Positions 47,151 through 56,219 of a DNA stretch of 64,000 bases are shown here, piece after piece (the stretch's first letter is position 1; every line of letters starts with the position of its first letter). The stretch comes from Thermodesulfobacteriota bacterium. GTDB lineage: Bacteria > Desulfobacterota > Desulfomonilia > Desulfomonilales > Desulfomonilaceae. The notes beneath the pieces are model-generated. The model saw nothing but the letters and a program-made list of their open reading frames with translations. It did not search any database and was not told the DNA's origin. Location of the stretch: NCBI GenBank assembly GCA_040756375.1, contig JBFLZC010000018.1:43836-107835 (forward strand), read 5' to 3'. The translations under genes and the position numbers were made by a program.

Positions 47151-47609
47151 CTAATCCGGTTTGTTGCAGATCAGGACTTTGCGGCCGTCCTTAAATATCA
47201 CCTGGATTTTCTGACGCCCGACGATATCAAGGACCCTGCCGACTCCAAGAGCGGGGTGTTCTATGAATTCGCCGACCTCGTACGTGTCGGTGAGCTTGTA
47301 TGGTCTGGGTTCGGCATCCGGCGGCAGCTCTTTCATGAAGGTGGACCATTCGCCGAAGGCTCGAGAATTGGCCTTGCGGGGCTTGGGCCCGGAGGTACTG
47401 TCAGACCGAACCTTGACTACTGTCGAGGCTTTTGGAAGGGCTCCCGCACGCTTGGGAGGGTAGTATTTGTGATCGCTTCCACAGGTCAAGCAATGAACCC
47501 TCTTGACCTCGTGTCCCACCACCGCAATCACGCGATGATTCAAATTCATTCGACAACGGGTGCACCAGGCTTCCAGATCGTCACCTGGACCGATCGTATT
47601 TCCAGCCAT
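47151..47609 (-). CDS. Zinc-ribbon containing hypothetical protein.
   Basis: CTRC...CLTC N-terminal zinc-ribbon followed by a basic linker and a conserved C-terminal domain. Confidence 0.45.
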   Translation of the reverse strand: MAGNTIGPGDDLEAWCTRCRMNLNHRVIAVVGHEVKRVHCLTCGSDHKYYPPKRAGALPKASTVVKVRSDSTSGPKPRKANSRAFGEWSTFMKELPPDAEPRPYKLTDTYEVGEFIEHPALGVGRVLDIVGRQKIQVIFKDGRKVLICNKPD

Positions 47610-47644
47610 CCATCCTCCACAATTGCTTCAACGGGCTTTGCGTA

Positions 47645-48475
47645 TCACACGCCGAAGGCCAATTCCGTGACTTGCAGTTCATTGTTCACTTTGGTCACGC
47701 CCGCGTGCGCTGCTGCCAGCTTGCCTGCGCTCTCCTTTTCTTTGGGACTGCGGATCCGTCCTGTAATGGTCAGCTCTCCATAGGAGTCGGAGACAATCTC
47801 AACGTTCCTGGCTATCGCGGACGTTAGTTTTTTCCGGATGAGCGCTTCAACTCTTTTGGCAAGGCCCATGCTTCTCAGTTTTTCCTGGAGCTTCTCGGGG
47901 TCTGGCACCTGTTCCATCTTTTCTGCCGCGGTAATGACAATTTCCGCTGCATCAGCCGATGAGAAATGCTCCGTGTTCACGATGAGATCGTACAGAGCCG
48001 GATCGTTCTCGTCCTGACGAAAGATCGACCGGGCAATGTTGTCTCGTTCATGGTCGTACCTGCGGATGAAATCTTCGGCTTCTTCCATGGGGATGTCGTA
48101 TCGTTCCATGATCCGCTTGATCCTGACTGTCATGGGAGCTACCACACGCACCTTGAGAACCCCGGGAATGTCCCGAAGCACGATCTGCGCGCCCCTCCCA
48201 ATGAGCACCACATTGCCTCCGGCCGCTTCCTCGAAATTGAGCGCCTGAAACAGGCTGGTATACGACGGTCGATCGAAGAAGATCCGCTCCCAGAAGGTCG
48301 GTCCGAGCTCGGTCTCGTATACGAGGCACGCGTCACTGTATTCCTCGTCGCAGGACTGTGCCAATTCATGAACTTGTTGGCGGCCCACGAGTTGCAAAGC
48401 CATCCTCTTTGCCACGATCGCGGCAATCACATCGCCGAATGACCCTACCAGTCTAGATATAGTCACGATAACCAT
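47645..48475 (-). CDS. Cytidylate-kinase-like family (PF13189-type) protein with a degenerate P-loop and a C-terminal BON domain.
   Basis: The N-terminus VIVTISRLVGSFGDV has the P-loop Lys missing. ...PALYDLIVNTE is typical of the Cmk-like family. The C-terminus is BON-like. Confidence 0.55.
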   Translation of the reverse strand: MVIVTISRLVGSFGDVIAAIVAKRMALQLVGRQQVHELAQSCDEEYSDACLVYETELGPTFWERIFFDRPSYTSLFQALNFEEAAGGNVVLIGRGAQIVLRDIPGVLKVRVVAPMTVRIKRIMERYDIPMEEAEDFIRRYDHERDNIARSIFRQDENDPALYDLIVNTEHFSSADAAEIVITAAEKMEQVPDPEKLQEKLRSMGLAKRVEALIRKKLTSAIARNVEIVSDSYGELTITGRIRSPKEKESAGKLAAAHAGVTKVNNELQVTELAFGV

Positions 48476-48611
48476 GTGTCCTCCTTCCTCCCTCCGGATA
48501 TCGCCGGTCTCCCCAATCCGTCAAAGGGCTGCGCTTGAATCACGGCTCGCCGTAACAGGCACCACGGAAGATGCGGTCATCTCAGCATCCGCACACGACC
48601 ATTGCCTTCGG

Positions 48612-49199
48612 TCATGGAACCACAATGATCGTCAGCCGCTCCGGACCGTGCACTCCAATGGTCAAGGTTAATTCAATGTCAGCGGTCCTGCTGGGACCTG
48701 TCTCAAGAGTGACGTTGGTAGGAATTTCCCGCCCCCACAAAGCGAATAGATCTTCCACAGTCTCGTATATTTTCTCTGGTGAAACGACCGCCACGTGATG
48801 CGCGGGCAGGAGCCCTGCCTGTACCGCATGTCCGCCTTCGCTGGTGCTCACAATGCTCCCTGTTTCAGCCACCGCGCCGAAGACCTCTTCCACGCAAACC
48901 GAGGCTCGATGATAATCCTCTTCGCGTCGCTCCGGAGGAATGACCAGGGCTCGTTCCTTTTCGCCTGCGCCAGGGCAGAAGATCGACTCGGCGTCTCTCA
49001 GCAGATCATCGAGCAGCCGCTGAGCTTCATCCAGGCTTGCGGCCAGAAAGGTCTCCGCGCCGCACTTTGTGGCATTCTCCATGAAGAGCGAGACAACGCG
49101 CTCGTTGGTCACGACATCCTCCTGCGGAAGGTGCGCGCAACGGGTCGAGGAATCCGGTGCACTGCGCCATAACCGCTCAACTTCTGCGCGAGAGGCCAA
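48612..49199 (-). CDS. lutC: LutC-like LUD-domain protein (lactate utilisation protein C). The start is probably internal, since the track ORF overlaps lutB by 91 nt.
   Basis: LUD/DUF162 pattern. It is the last gene of a lutA-lutB-lutC arrangement. Confidence 0.6.
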   Translation of the reverse strand: MASRAEVERLWRSAPDSSTRCAHLPQEDVVTNERVVSLFMENATKCGAETFLAASLDEAQRLLDDLLRDAESIFCPGAGEKERALVIPPERREEDYHRASVCVEEVFGAVAETGSIVSTSEGGHAVQAGLLPAHHVAVVSPEKIYETVEDLFALWGREIPTNVTLETGPSRTADIELTLTIGVHGPERLTIIVVP

Positions 49200-50473
49200 A
49201 AGATCCGGGCCAGAGTCTGGCCGAACGCGAACATCGCTGGGGACGAAACCGCAGCTCCAAACGCGCTCATGCCCCGTTTTTCAAGTGGTGGGGCAAAACC
49301 CTGCTCCACACTCACTTCCCGCAGGCGATATAACAACTTCACCAGCGGCACCTTCACGGGACAGGCTTCAACACACGCCCCACAAAGAGTAGTGGCGTCC
49401 AGCACAGGATACGCCCTCTCCATTCCTTCCAGCAACGCGGTAAGAACTATCCCCATAGGGCCCGGATACGTGGAATCGTACGCATGGCCCCCTATGGCCC
49501 GGTATACAGGGCACACGTTCATACAAGCGCTGCACCGTATGCATTTCAGGATTTCACGATACTCGCCCTTGAGGATCTCCCGGCGCCCATTGTCCAAGAG
49601 CACGATATGGAGTTCATCCGCGCCGGTGAAATCTCCGGGCTTCCGAGGGCCGGTGATGACCGAGACGTAACTGGAGAGCATCTGGCCCGTTGCGGAACGA
49701 GGCAACAAGCGGACAAACGACGGCAAATCAGTGACCGATGGCAAGAGCTTTTCAATGGTAAGCACCGCCACGTGCAGCCGCGGCACGGTAGTAACCATGC
49801 GGCCGTTTCCCTCGTTCGTGAAGATGACGAGGCTCCCTGTGTCTGCCACGGCAAAGTTTGCACCAGTGATGCCCGCATCAGCGGTGAGAAACTCATTGCG
49901 AAGCACATTCCTGGCCACACGGGTAAGAACGGTAGGGTCGTCGGAATATTCAACCCCGAGCTTCTCGGAAAAGAGCTTGCCAATCTGCTCGCGGGTCTTG
50001 TGGATCGCCGGGGCAAGTATGTGAGAGGGGGTTTCAGCAGCCAATTGCACGATGTACTCGCCCAGGTCGGTTTCGAGCACCTCGATGCCTCGCTCCTGAA
50101 GGTACGGATTGAGGTGGATCTCCTCCGTGACCATTGACTTGGCCTTTACCACCTTCTTGACGCCATGATCCTCCAGGATTCCCGCCACCGCGCGTCGCGC
50201 GGCCTCAGCGTCCGCCGCCTGGTACACCTTGGCCCCCACTCGCTCCGCACTGGAGCAGAACTGCTCCACATATTGCGGCAGGTTATCCAAGACCTGCATA
50301 CGGATGATGGAGGCTTTTTCCCTCCATTCCTCCATGGGGAGGGATGCAGTGCCTTCCGTACGTTTGGTCACAAACGTGTCCGTAGCTCGCTTTATGGCCT
50401 CACGGAGCATCAAGTCGCGCAGGGACTTCTGAACATTGGCTCGAAAAGTAATGGCTTCTCGTGACGAGCTCAT
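49109..50473 (-). CDS. lutB: LutB-like iron-sulfur protein (4Fe-4S ferredoxin domains plus DUF3390).
   Basis: The motif is CIRCSACMNVCPVY, with a second Cys cluster. The protein is 454 aa. Confidence 0.75.
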   Translation of the reverse strand: MSSSREAITFRANVQKSLRDLMLREAIKRATDTFVTKRTEGTASLPMEEWREKASIIRMQVLDNLPQYVEQFCSSAERVGAKVYQAADAEAARRAVAGILEDHGVKKVVKAKSMVTEEIHLNPYLQERGIEVLETDLGEYIVQLAAETPSHILAPAIHKTREQIGKLFSEKLGVEYSDDPTVLTRVARNVLRNEFLTADAGITGANFAVADTGSLVIFTNEGNGRMVTTVPRLHVAVLTIEKLLPSVTDLPSFVRLLPRSATGQMLSSYVSVITGPRKPGDFTGADELHIVLLDNGRREILKGEYREILKCIRCSACMNVCPVYRAIGGHAYDSTYPGPMGIVLTALLEGMERAYPVLDATTLCGACVEACPVKVPLVKLLYRLREVSVEQGFAPPLEKRGMSAFGAAVSSPAMFAFGQTLARIFWPLAQKLSGYGAVHRIPRPVARTFRRRMS

Positions 50474-51192
50474 AGCCCCTCCGCAAGAACCTGGGCGATA
50501 TGTTTGACTGCCACGGTGTTGCCTCGTCTTTGTAACGCGTCCCGTATGTTCATCAGGCAGCCGTGGTCACAACCTGTGACGGTGTCTGCGTTCGTGCTGC
50601 GGATCATAGCGGCCTTTTCTTCTGCGAGAGCCACGGAGATCTCTGGCTGCCTCGCCATGAAAATGCCCCCGAAACCGCAGCACCGATCTGCATGAGGCAG
50701 ATGGACGAACTCCGCACCCTTGAGCGAATTCAGCAACAACAGGGGCTCTTCCTTGACTCCCAGCTCTCTGGTCAGCTGACACGAAGCGTGATACGTGACG
50801 CGTCCTGTCCCCTTGAAGCCGGCCTCGTGAGCCTTGAGCACGTGCACGAGGAACTGGGTCAGTTCGTACGTCCTTTCAGCAGTCTTTCGGGCTTGCTCCA
50901 GTAGCCGCGGATTATCTTTGAACAGCTCAGGGTAATGGTTCTTGATCATGGACGCGCAGGACCCCGATGGTATGACGATAGGATCCGCGCCGTCAAACAC
51001 CGACAGGAAGTGCTCCGCGGCTTTTCGCGATTCGTACGTGTACCCGCCGCTGTGAGGCGGTTTTCCGCAACAGGTCTGCTCTTTCGGGTACGCGACCTCC
51101 ACACCGAAGCGACGCAGCAGGCGTAAAACGGCCTCGCCGGTCTCCGGAAAGAAGGTGTCCACAAGGCATGTGCTGAAAAATTGTATTCGCAT
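50470..51192 (-). CDS. lutA: LutA-like (Fe-S)-binding protein with CCG domains.
   Basis: The N-terminus MRIQFFSTCLVDTF is the LutA N-terminus. It has CCG motifs and an ATGA overlap with lutB. Confidence 0.75.
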   Translation of the reverse strand: MRIQFFSTCLVDTFFPETGEAVLRLLRRFGVEVAYPKEQTCCGKPPHSGGYTYESRKAAEHFLSVFDGADPIVIPSGSCASMIKNHYPELFKDNPRLLEQARKTAERTYELTQFLVHVLKAHEAGFKGTGRVTYHASCQLTRELGVKEEPLLLLNSLKGAEFVHLPHADRCCGFGGIFMARQPEISVALAEEKAAMIRSTNADTVTGCDHGCLMNIRDALQRRGNTVAVKHIAQVLAEGL

Positions 51193-51391
51193 GGTCCGAG
51201 CGATCCATTCCGGGCAAAAGGTCACTTAGTCTAGCGACGGCGACGCACACTCGTCAAGGCCAAAGGCGTTCTTGGGCGTTGGTTCTTACTCATTGACACG
51301 AGGCCCTGAAGACCGCTGATCGCCTTGGAAAGCAGGGCGAGTTACGTTATGATCCGACTGGATGCGATATCGAGAGCATTTGTAGCTGCTT

Positions 51392-53578
51392 TTGTCAGGT
51401 CGTGCGCATGGCAAGGACGGCCATCTCATGAGACTTGGAGCCACCGTAGCGGTCATCATACCCGCGCTCGATGAGGAAGCCGCTATCGGCAAGGTGGTCT
51501 CTTCCCTGCCGGATTGGGTGGATGACGTGATCGTGTTGGATAATGGCTCGCGCGATCGCACCGCCGCAGTCGCACGTGCAAGCGGGGCACGGGTTTTCTT
51601 CGAGCCCAGGAAAGGCTATGGCGCAGCGTGCTTGAAAGGGATCTCCGAGCTCAAGGATCCGGATGTGGTGGTCTTTCTTGATGGTGACTTCAGCGATCAT
51701 CCTGAAGAGATGCACCTCCTGGTGGACCCCATTGCTGAAGACAAGGCCGATCTGGTGATCGGGTCGCGGATCTTGGGGCATCGGGAACGAGGATCGGTTA
51801 TGCTCCAGGCGCGATTGGGCAACAAGGTGGCCTGTGCTCTGATCGCCCACTTCTGGGGCACGCGGTATACCGATCTGGGGCCGTTTCGGGCCATCAGCTA
51901 CGGGTGCTTGCGCGATTTGGAGATGCAAGACCGGAATTACGGCTGGACCGTGGAAATGCAGATCAAGGCGGTCCAGAGGCAACTGCGGGTGACGGAAGTT
52001 CCGGTTTCGTACCGCAAAAGGATCGGCAGATCCAAGGTTTCAGGCACTTTCAAAGGCGCGGTGGCCGCGGGAACAAAGATACTCGCCACGATTTTCCGCT
52101 CCTCGGTGGAAGAGAAGCGCAAGGGAAAACTGAGAGAGCCCCGCGAACGGGTGGTCTTATTCACACGCTACCCTGAGCCGGGAAAGACCAAGACGAGGAT
52201 GATACCGTTTCTGGGAGCGGAAAAGGCCGCGGACCTCCACGCGCAAATGACCGAGTTCACCTTGGAGCGGCTCAACGAAGTCAGGAATAGACGGGCCGTG
52301 TCGATTGAAATCCGCTACGCGGGCGGCACCGAACGGCTCATGAGGCGCTGGCTGGGAAAATCTTTCTCCTACGCGAACCAAGGACCCGGAGATCTGGGAA
52401 CACGAATGTTGCGCTCATGTGCGCACGCGTTCCGACAGGGAGCCAAACGAGTCGTGATTGTGGGCACGGACTGCCCCGGTTGGGGGGCGACCACCATAGA
52501 GAAGGCTTTCCGACTGTTGCTGCGAAAAGATGTGGTGCTGGGACCCGCTCAAGACGGCGGATACTATCTCGTGGGTTTGAGCCGATTGGTACCGGAAATT
52601 TTCCAAGAGATACCGTGGGGCACCGACCAAGTAATGCAAGCGACCGGCGAAGCCATTCGTTCGCATGGCATTTCCGCAGAAATTATCGATGTATTCCAGG
52701 ATGTGGACCGTCCCGAGGATCTGCCGGTGTGGGAGGAAACGGTCCGTGCTCGGTACGGGTGTTCGCTTGCTCGTTATGAGCGAGACTACGCGATCAGGCG
52801 CTCTTCCCCGCTCTTGGAGGACCGTGGTCTCAGGACGTTCTTCGAGGAACCGTCGTCACCAATAAGCGAATCCTATGGCGAGCCGGGCCGCGTCTCCGTA
52901 ATCATTCCAACGCTCAATGAGGAAGCGTCGATCGGCTCAGCACTGCTCCGAGTCGTGGGCGTGCCCGACACGGAAGTGATCGTGGTTGACGGCGGGAGCA
53001 CGGACCGGACTGCGGATTTGGCTCGCAGCCTGGGCGCGCGCGTGATCACCAGTCCGGCCGGGAGGGCGCTTCAGATGAACGTTGGGGCCCGCCAAGCTAC
53101 CGGTGAGATACTTGTCTTTCTTCATGCAGACACCCTGCTTCCTGAAGGCTGGATGGATGCGGTCCGGGATCTGCTCAATTGGCCCGGGATCGTGCTGGGA
53201 GCGTTTGCGTTTCGGCTTGACCATAAATCAGCTTCCATGCGGATTATCGAAAAGCTGGCCAATCTAAGGGCGAAGCTCATGCAGATGCCTTATGGCGACC
53301 AAGTCCTTTTTCTGCGGGCCGGCTTGTTTCGCCGGCTCGGGGGATTCCCGGACCTTCCTGTCATGGAGGACTTCGAGTTCGTTCGACGGGTGCGAAAACT
53401 GGGCAAGGTGCAAATAGCGCCGCTGCCCGCAGTCACGTCAAGTCGGCGCTGGCGTCGGCTGGGAGTGTGGCGAGTGACGATCATTCATCAACTTATCCTT
53501 CTCGCGTACCTGGCAGGCAGCTCGCATCGTGTGATCTCGTGGCTCGCTCGCCGGCGGGACCCGGAGCAGCGCTCATGA
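51392..53578 (+). CDS. Three-domain transferase: N-terminal GT2 (DPM1-like), central DUF2064 (nucleotidyltransferase-like, TIGR04282-like) and C-terminal GT2 (TIGR04283-like).
   Basis: GT2 motifs appear twice (VIIPALDEE..DNGSRDRT..DGD and VIIPTLNEE..DGGSTDRT..HAD). The central segment VVLFTRYPEPGKTKTRMIP...GTDCPG...DGGYYLVG is DUF2064-like. Confidence 0.6.
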   Translation: MSGRAHGKDGHLMRLGATVAVIIPALDEEAAIGKVVSSLPDWVDDVIVLDNGSRDRTAAVARASGARVFFEPRKGYGAACLKGISELKDPDVVVFLDGDFSDHPEEMHLLVDPIAEDKADLVIGSRILGHRERGSVMLQARLGNKVACALIAHFWGTRYTDLGPFRAISYGCLRDLEMQDRNYGWTVEMQIKAVQRQLRVTEVPVSYRKRIGRSKVSGTFKGAVAAGTKILATIFRSSVEEKRKGKLREPRERVVLFTRYPEPGKTKTRMIPFLGAEKAADLHAQMTEFTLERLNEVRNRRAVSIEIRYAGGTERLMRRWLGKSFSYANQGPGDLGTRMLRSCAHAFRQGAKRVVIVGTDCPGWGATTIEKAFRLLLRKDVVLGPAQDGGYYLVGLSRLVPEIFQEIPWGTDQVMQATGEAIRSHGISAEIIDVFQDVDRPEDLPVWEETVRARYGCSLARYERDYAIRRSSPLLEDRGLRTFFEEPSSPISESYGEPGRVSVIIPTLNEEASIGSALLRVVGVPDTEVIVVDGGSTDRTADLARSLGARVITSPAGRALQMNVGARQATGEILVFLHADTLLPEGWMDAVRDLLNWPGIVLGAFAFRLDHKSASMRIIEKLANLRAKLMQMPYGDQVLFLRAGLFRRLGGFPDLPVMEDFEFVRRVRKLGKVQIAPLPAVTSSRRWRRLGVWRVTIIHQLILLAYLAGSSHRVISWLARRRDPEQRS

Positions 53579-54558
53579 AGGTCCTGCTTACCGGCGCCAC
53601 CGGTTTCGTAGGGAGCCACATGGCCGAGCTGCTCGTGGGTCAGGGATGGGACGTGGTCTGCGCGGTGCGGGCAGAATCAGCTCTGAGGCACCTGGAAGGC
53701 GCGTGCGTTCAGTTGATCGATCTGGACAGCCTTGAGGATTGGGTGTTGCACAATGACCCCGTGGATTATGTGATTCATGTTGCGGCAGCAACTCGTGCGC
53801 GGAACTACGACGGTTACCGAAAAGCAAATGTAGAACTCACGCGCGGACTGCTGGAAAGGTTGGCTGAACCCCGACTCTCGAACGCATTGAAGCGTTTCGT
53901 ATTGGTCAGCTCGCAAGGGGCCGCGGGGCCTTCGCTGGACGGTCGGACGCGGGTCACGGAATCCGACCCACCACATCCTGTTTCGCTGTACGGCAGATCG
54001 AAGCTCGAAGCTGAGCAGGTGACTCTGAGCTATGCCGATCGCTTGCCGGTGACGATAGTGCGTCCCTCCACTGTCTTCGGGCCCAGAGACACCGACGTGC
54101 TTGGCCTCTTTCGAGCAGCGAGATTCGGTCTGGCGCCCTGTTTGTCCGGGCCGCCGCGGCTGGTAAGTATCATCTACGTCCAGGACTTAATTCGCGGGGT
54201 TCTCGCTGCCGCGACGGCTGATAGATCCGTGGGACAAACATATTTCCTGGCCAACCCCGAACCTGTTGTTTGGAAAGAGTTTTCCTTGCAAGTGTGCCGG
54301 ATCATGGGCCGCAGAGGTATCGTATTACCCCTACCCCTTCCGTTGATGCGCATCGTTGCTGCTGTGGGCGACCGAGTCTCGAAGTATACGGGTTTCACCC
54401 CACTCTTCAGGACGGAAAAGCTCGAAGAGATGAGACAAATCGCCTGGGTTTGTTCCACGGAGAAGGCCCTCAATGATCTCGGGTGGCAGGCTAGTACACC
54501 GATTCCCAACGCAGTGCAGACCACGGCCGAGTGGTACCGTACACACGGCTGGATTTAA
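53575..54558 (+). CDS. NAD-dependent epimerase/dehydratase (extended SDR).
   Basis: The N-terminal motif is MKVLLTGATGFVGSH and a YxxxK site is present. There is an ATGA overlap with the upstream gene. Confidence 0.8.
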   Translation: MKVLLTGATGFVGSHMAELLVGQGWDVVCAVRAESALRHLEGACVQLIDLDSLEDWVLHNDPVDYVIHVAAATRARNYDGYRKANVELTRGLLERLAEPRLSNALKRFVLVSSQGAAGPSLDGRTRVTESDPPHPVSLYGRSKLEAEQVTLSYADRLPVTIVRPSTVFGPRDTDVLGLFRAARFGLAPCLSGPPRLVSIIYVQDLIRGVLAAATADRSVGQTYFLANPEPVVWKEFSLQVCRIMGRRGIVLPLPLPLMRIVAAVGDRVSKYTGFTPLFRTEKLEEMRQIAWVCSTEKALNDLGWQASTPIPNAVQTTAEWYRTHGWI

Positions 54559-54644
54559 GCTGAAGCACGGCAAACCAAGCTGCCGTTTGTAGCCGATCTA
54601 GCAGAGGAAGCGCTCTCAAAGGCTCCCAGTCTTTTAAGCTGCCT

Positions 54645-55103
54645 CTAATGTAACGACGATATCACGGATCGAGAGACGCGAGCGTTTTCTTTAATGGCCA
54701 AGCCTCCGGATCCCACGTGCAAAAGCACGGTTTCCTGTTCATCGAGTTGCTCCACCACCGTTGGTGAATGAGAAGCTCCCGCGGCGAGCAATCTCTCGTG
54801 CGGCAGAACGATGATGAGCATTGGACTGGTGGGGTGGATCTTCTCATTGAATCGAATGAGGTAAGCTCCCGGTTCGAGGTGCCACCAACCGTACGGTTCT
54901 TCGCGGGTATTCTTTACCGGCTGGAGTAATTCCGCGGATGCTTGCCGATACTCGCTCCCCCCGAAATCGAGGCTTCCCCCGGACAGGACCTTGCTGATGC
55001 TTGCGACCGTCAAATCCAGGGAAAAGGACCCGAGCTGTTTCTTGGCGGAGATCAACCCCTGGACGAAAGTAACGAATTCCGTGGAGGGCATAAAACCTGC
55101 CAT
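54645..55103 (-). CDS. dUTPase / dCTP-deaminase superfamily protein.
   Basis: Weak motif similarity only (S.DLT.., LEPGAYLI) over 152 aa. This call is tentative. Confidence 0.4.
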   Translation of the reverse strand: MAGFMPSTEFVTFVQGLISAKKQLGSFSLDLTVASISKVLSGGSLDFGGSEYRQASAELLQPVKNTREEPYGWWHLEPGAYLIRFNEKIHPTSPMLIIVLPHERLLAAGASHSPTVVEQLDEQETVLLHVGSGGLAIKENARVSRSVISSLH

Positions 55104-55164
55104 AGCTGGTGACCTCCTATCTCGTCAGAAGCCTTTCAACTCTTTTAGACACATGGGAACGTTG

Positions 55165-55968
55165 TCAGGGTTTGATGGCTGTGACAGCCCTATCTCGCAT
55201 ATCCATAATTGCTGAAGCAGCCGCGGCAGGATCATCCGCCTTGAAAATGGCTGAACCTACAATTGCCGCGGAGCGTGGACCAACAATCGCGGCCCATTCT
55301 TTGAATTGCTCTTCTAGGCTCCTGCCGAGGCGGTCCTGCCTCCCAAACCCGGGGCACCAAATCGGTCTATCAGTAATTGCCCGGTACCGGCGAAGGTCAT
55401 CAGGCCGCGTGGCCGGGCCGATGTATCCTTCCACGTGCAAGGCTTCGCCCAGCAGGAGAATAGCTTCAGTGACATCTCGACAAGGACGGTCAGCGGGAAA
55501 GGTAAGCTGAAGACCTGCCTCGAACACTTGCTCAGTCATGGTGGCAGTCTCAATCTGCCTTCCGAAAAAGAGACTCGCCCCCGCGTGACTCATCAGGGGC
55601 AACAACAGCACGCCCATGTCTGCGTCTCGTGCCGCGGCCACCGATTCCGCCACTGACACGGGGCCCGGAAAGCCGTGGACAGTAACATGTGAAGCTCCTT
55701 GTCCTTGTAGCGCATGGAGAATCTTGGCATTCGTCCCGTCCCATCCTCCACGTGAATAAAAGCCGATATCGGCGATCTTCAGATCCAGCAAAATGGGTCG
55801 ATCACCGACCATTTCCCGGATTTCGGCGATGATACGCGTGCCGCTTTGCAGCAACGTTGCAGCAGCGAGCTTAATGCCGTCGACAATGGTCCCGACCTGT
55901 TTGACTACTGCGAAGACATCTTCCGGTGCGGGAAGATCGGCAGCTAGGATAATTGAGTATTCTCTCAT
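55165..55968 (-). CDS. Orotidine 5'-phosphate decarboxylase family (TIM barrel) protein.
   Basis: IILAADL, LLDLKIADIG (DxK motif), HVTVHGFPG, and C-terminal PGFG...AIVGSAIF are each colinear with PyrF motifs. Confidence 0.6.
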   Translation of the reverse strand: MREYSIILAADLPAPEDVFAVVKQVGTIVDGIKLAAATLLQSGTRIIAEIREMVGDRPILLDLKIADIGFYSRGGWDGTNAKILHALQGQGASHVTVHGFPGPVSVAESVAAARDADMGVLLLPLMSHAGASLFFGRQIETATMTEQVFEAGLQLTFPADRPCRDVTEAILLLGEALHVEGYIGPATRPDDLRRYRAITDRPIWCPGFGRQDRLGRSLEEQFKEWAAIVGPRSAAIVGSAIFKADDPAAAASAIMDMRDRAVTAIKP

Positions 55969-56219
55969 GGCATCCTGCGGTTAGGAGTCGATTTGAACTA
56001 TCTCATGCCGACAACTTTCATAGGGACTACCTTAACCGGACCTTATACCACTGCGCTATCAATCGGTGAATCAAGGTAGGTCGGGTTGAGCCCAGCGAAA
56101 CCCGACAGGTTGCTTTGGACATAATGTCGGATTTCGTCCCCCTGCGAACGCGGGACTCAATCCGACCTACGGCCGCTCTTGCCTCAACGCCATCTTCACG
56201 GTCCGGAAGTGAACCAGTA

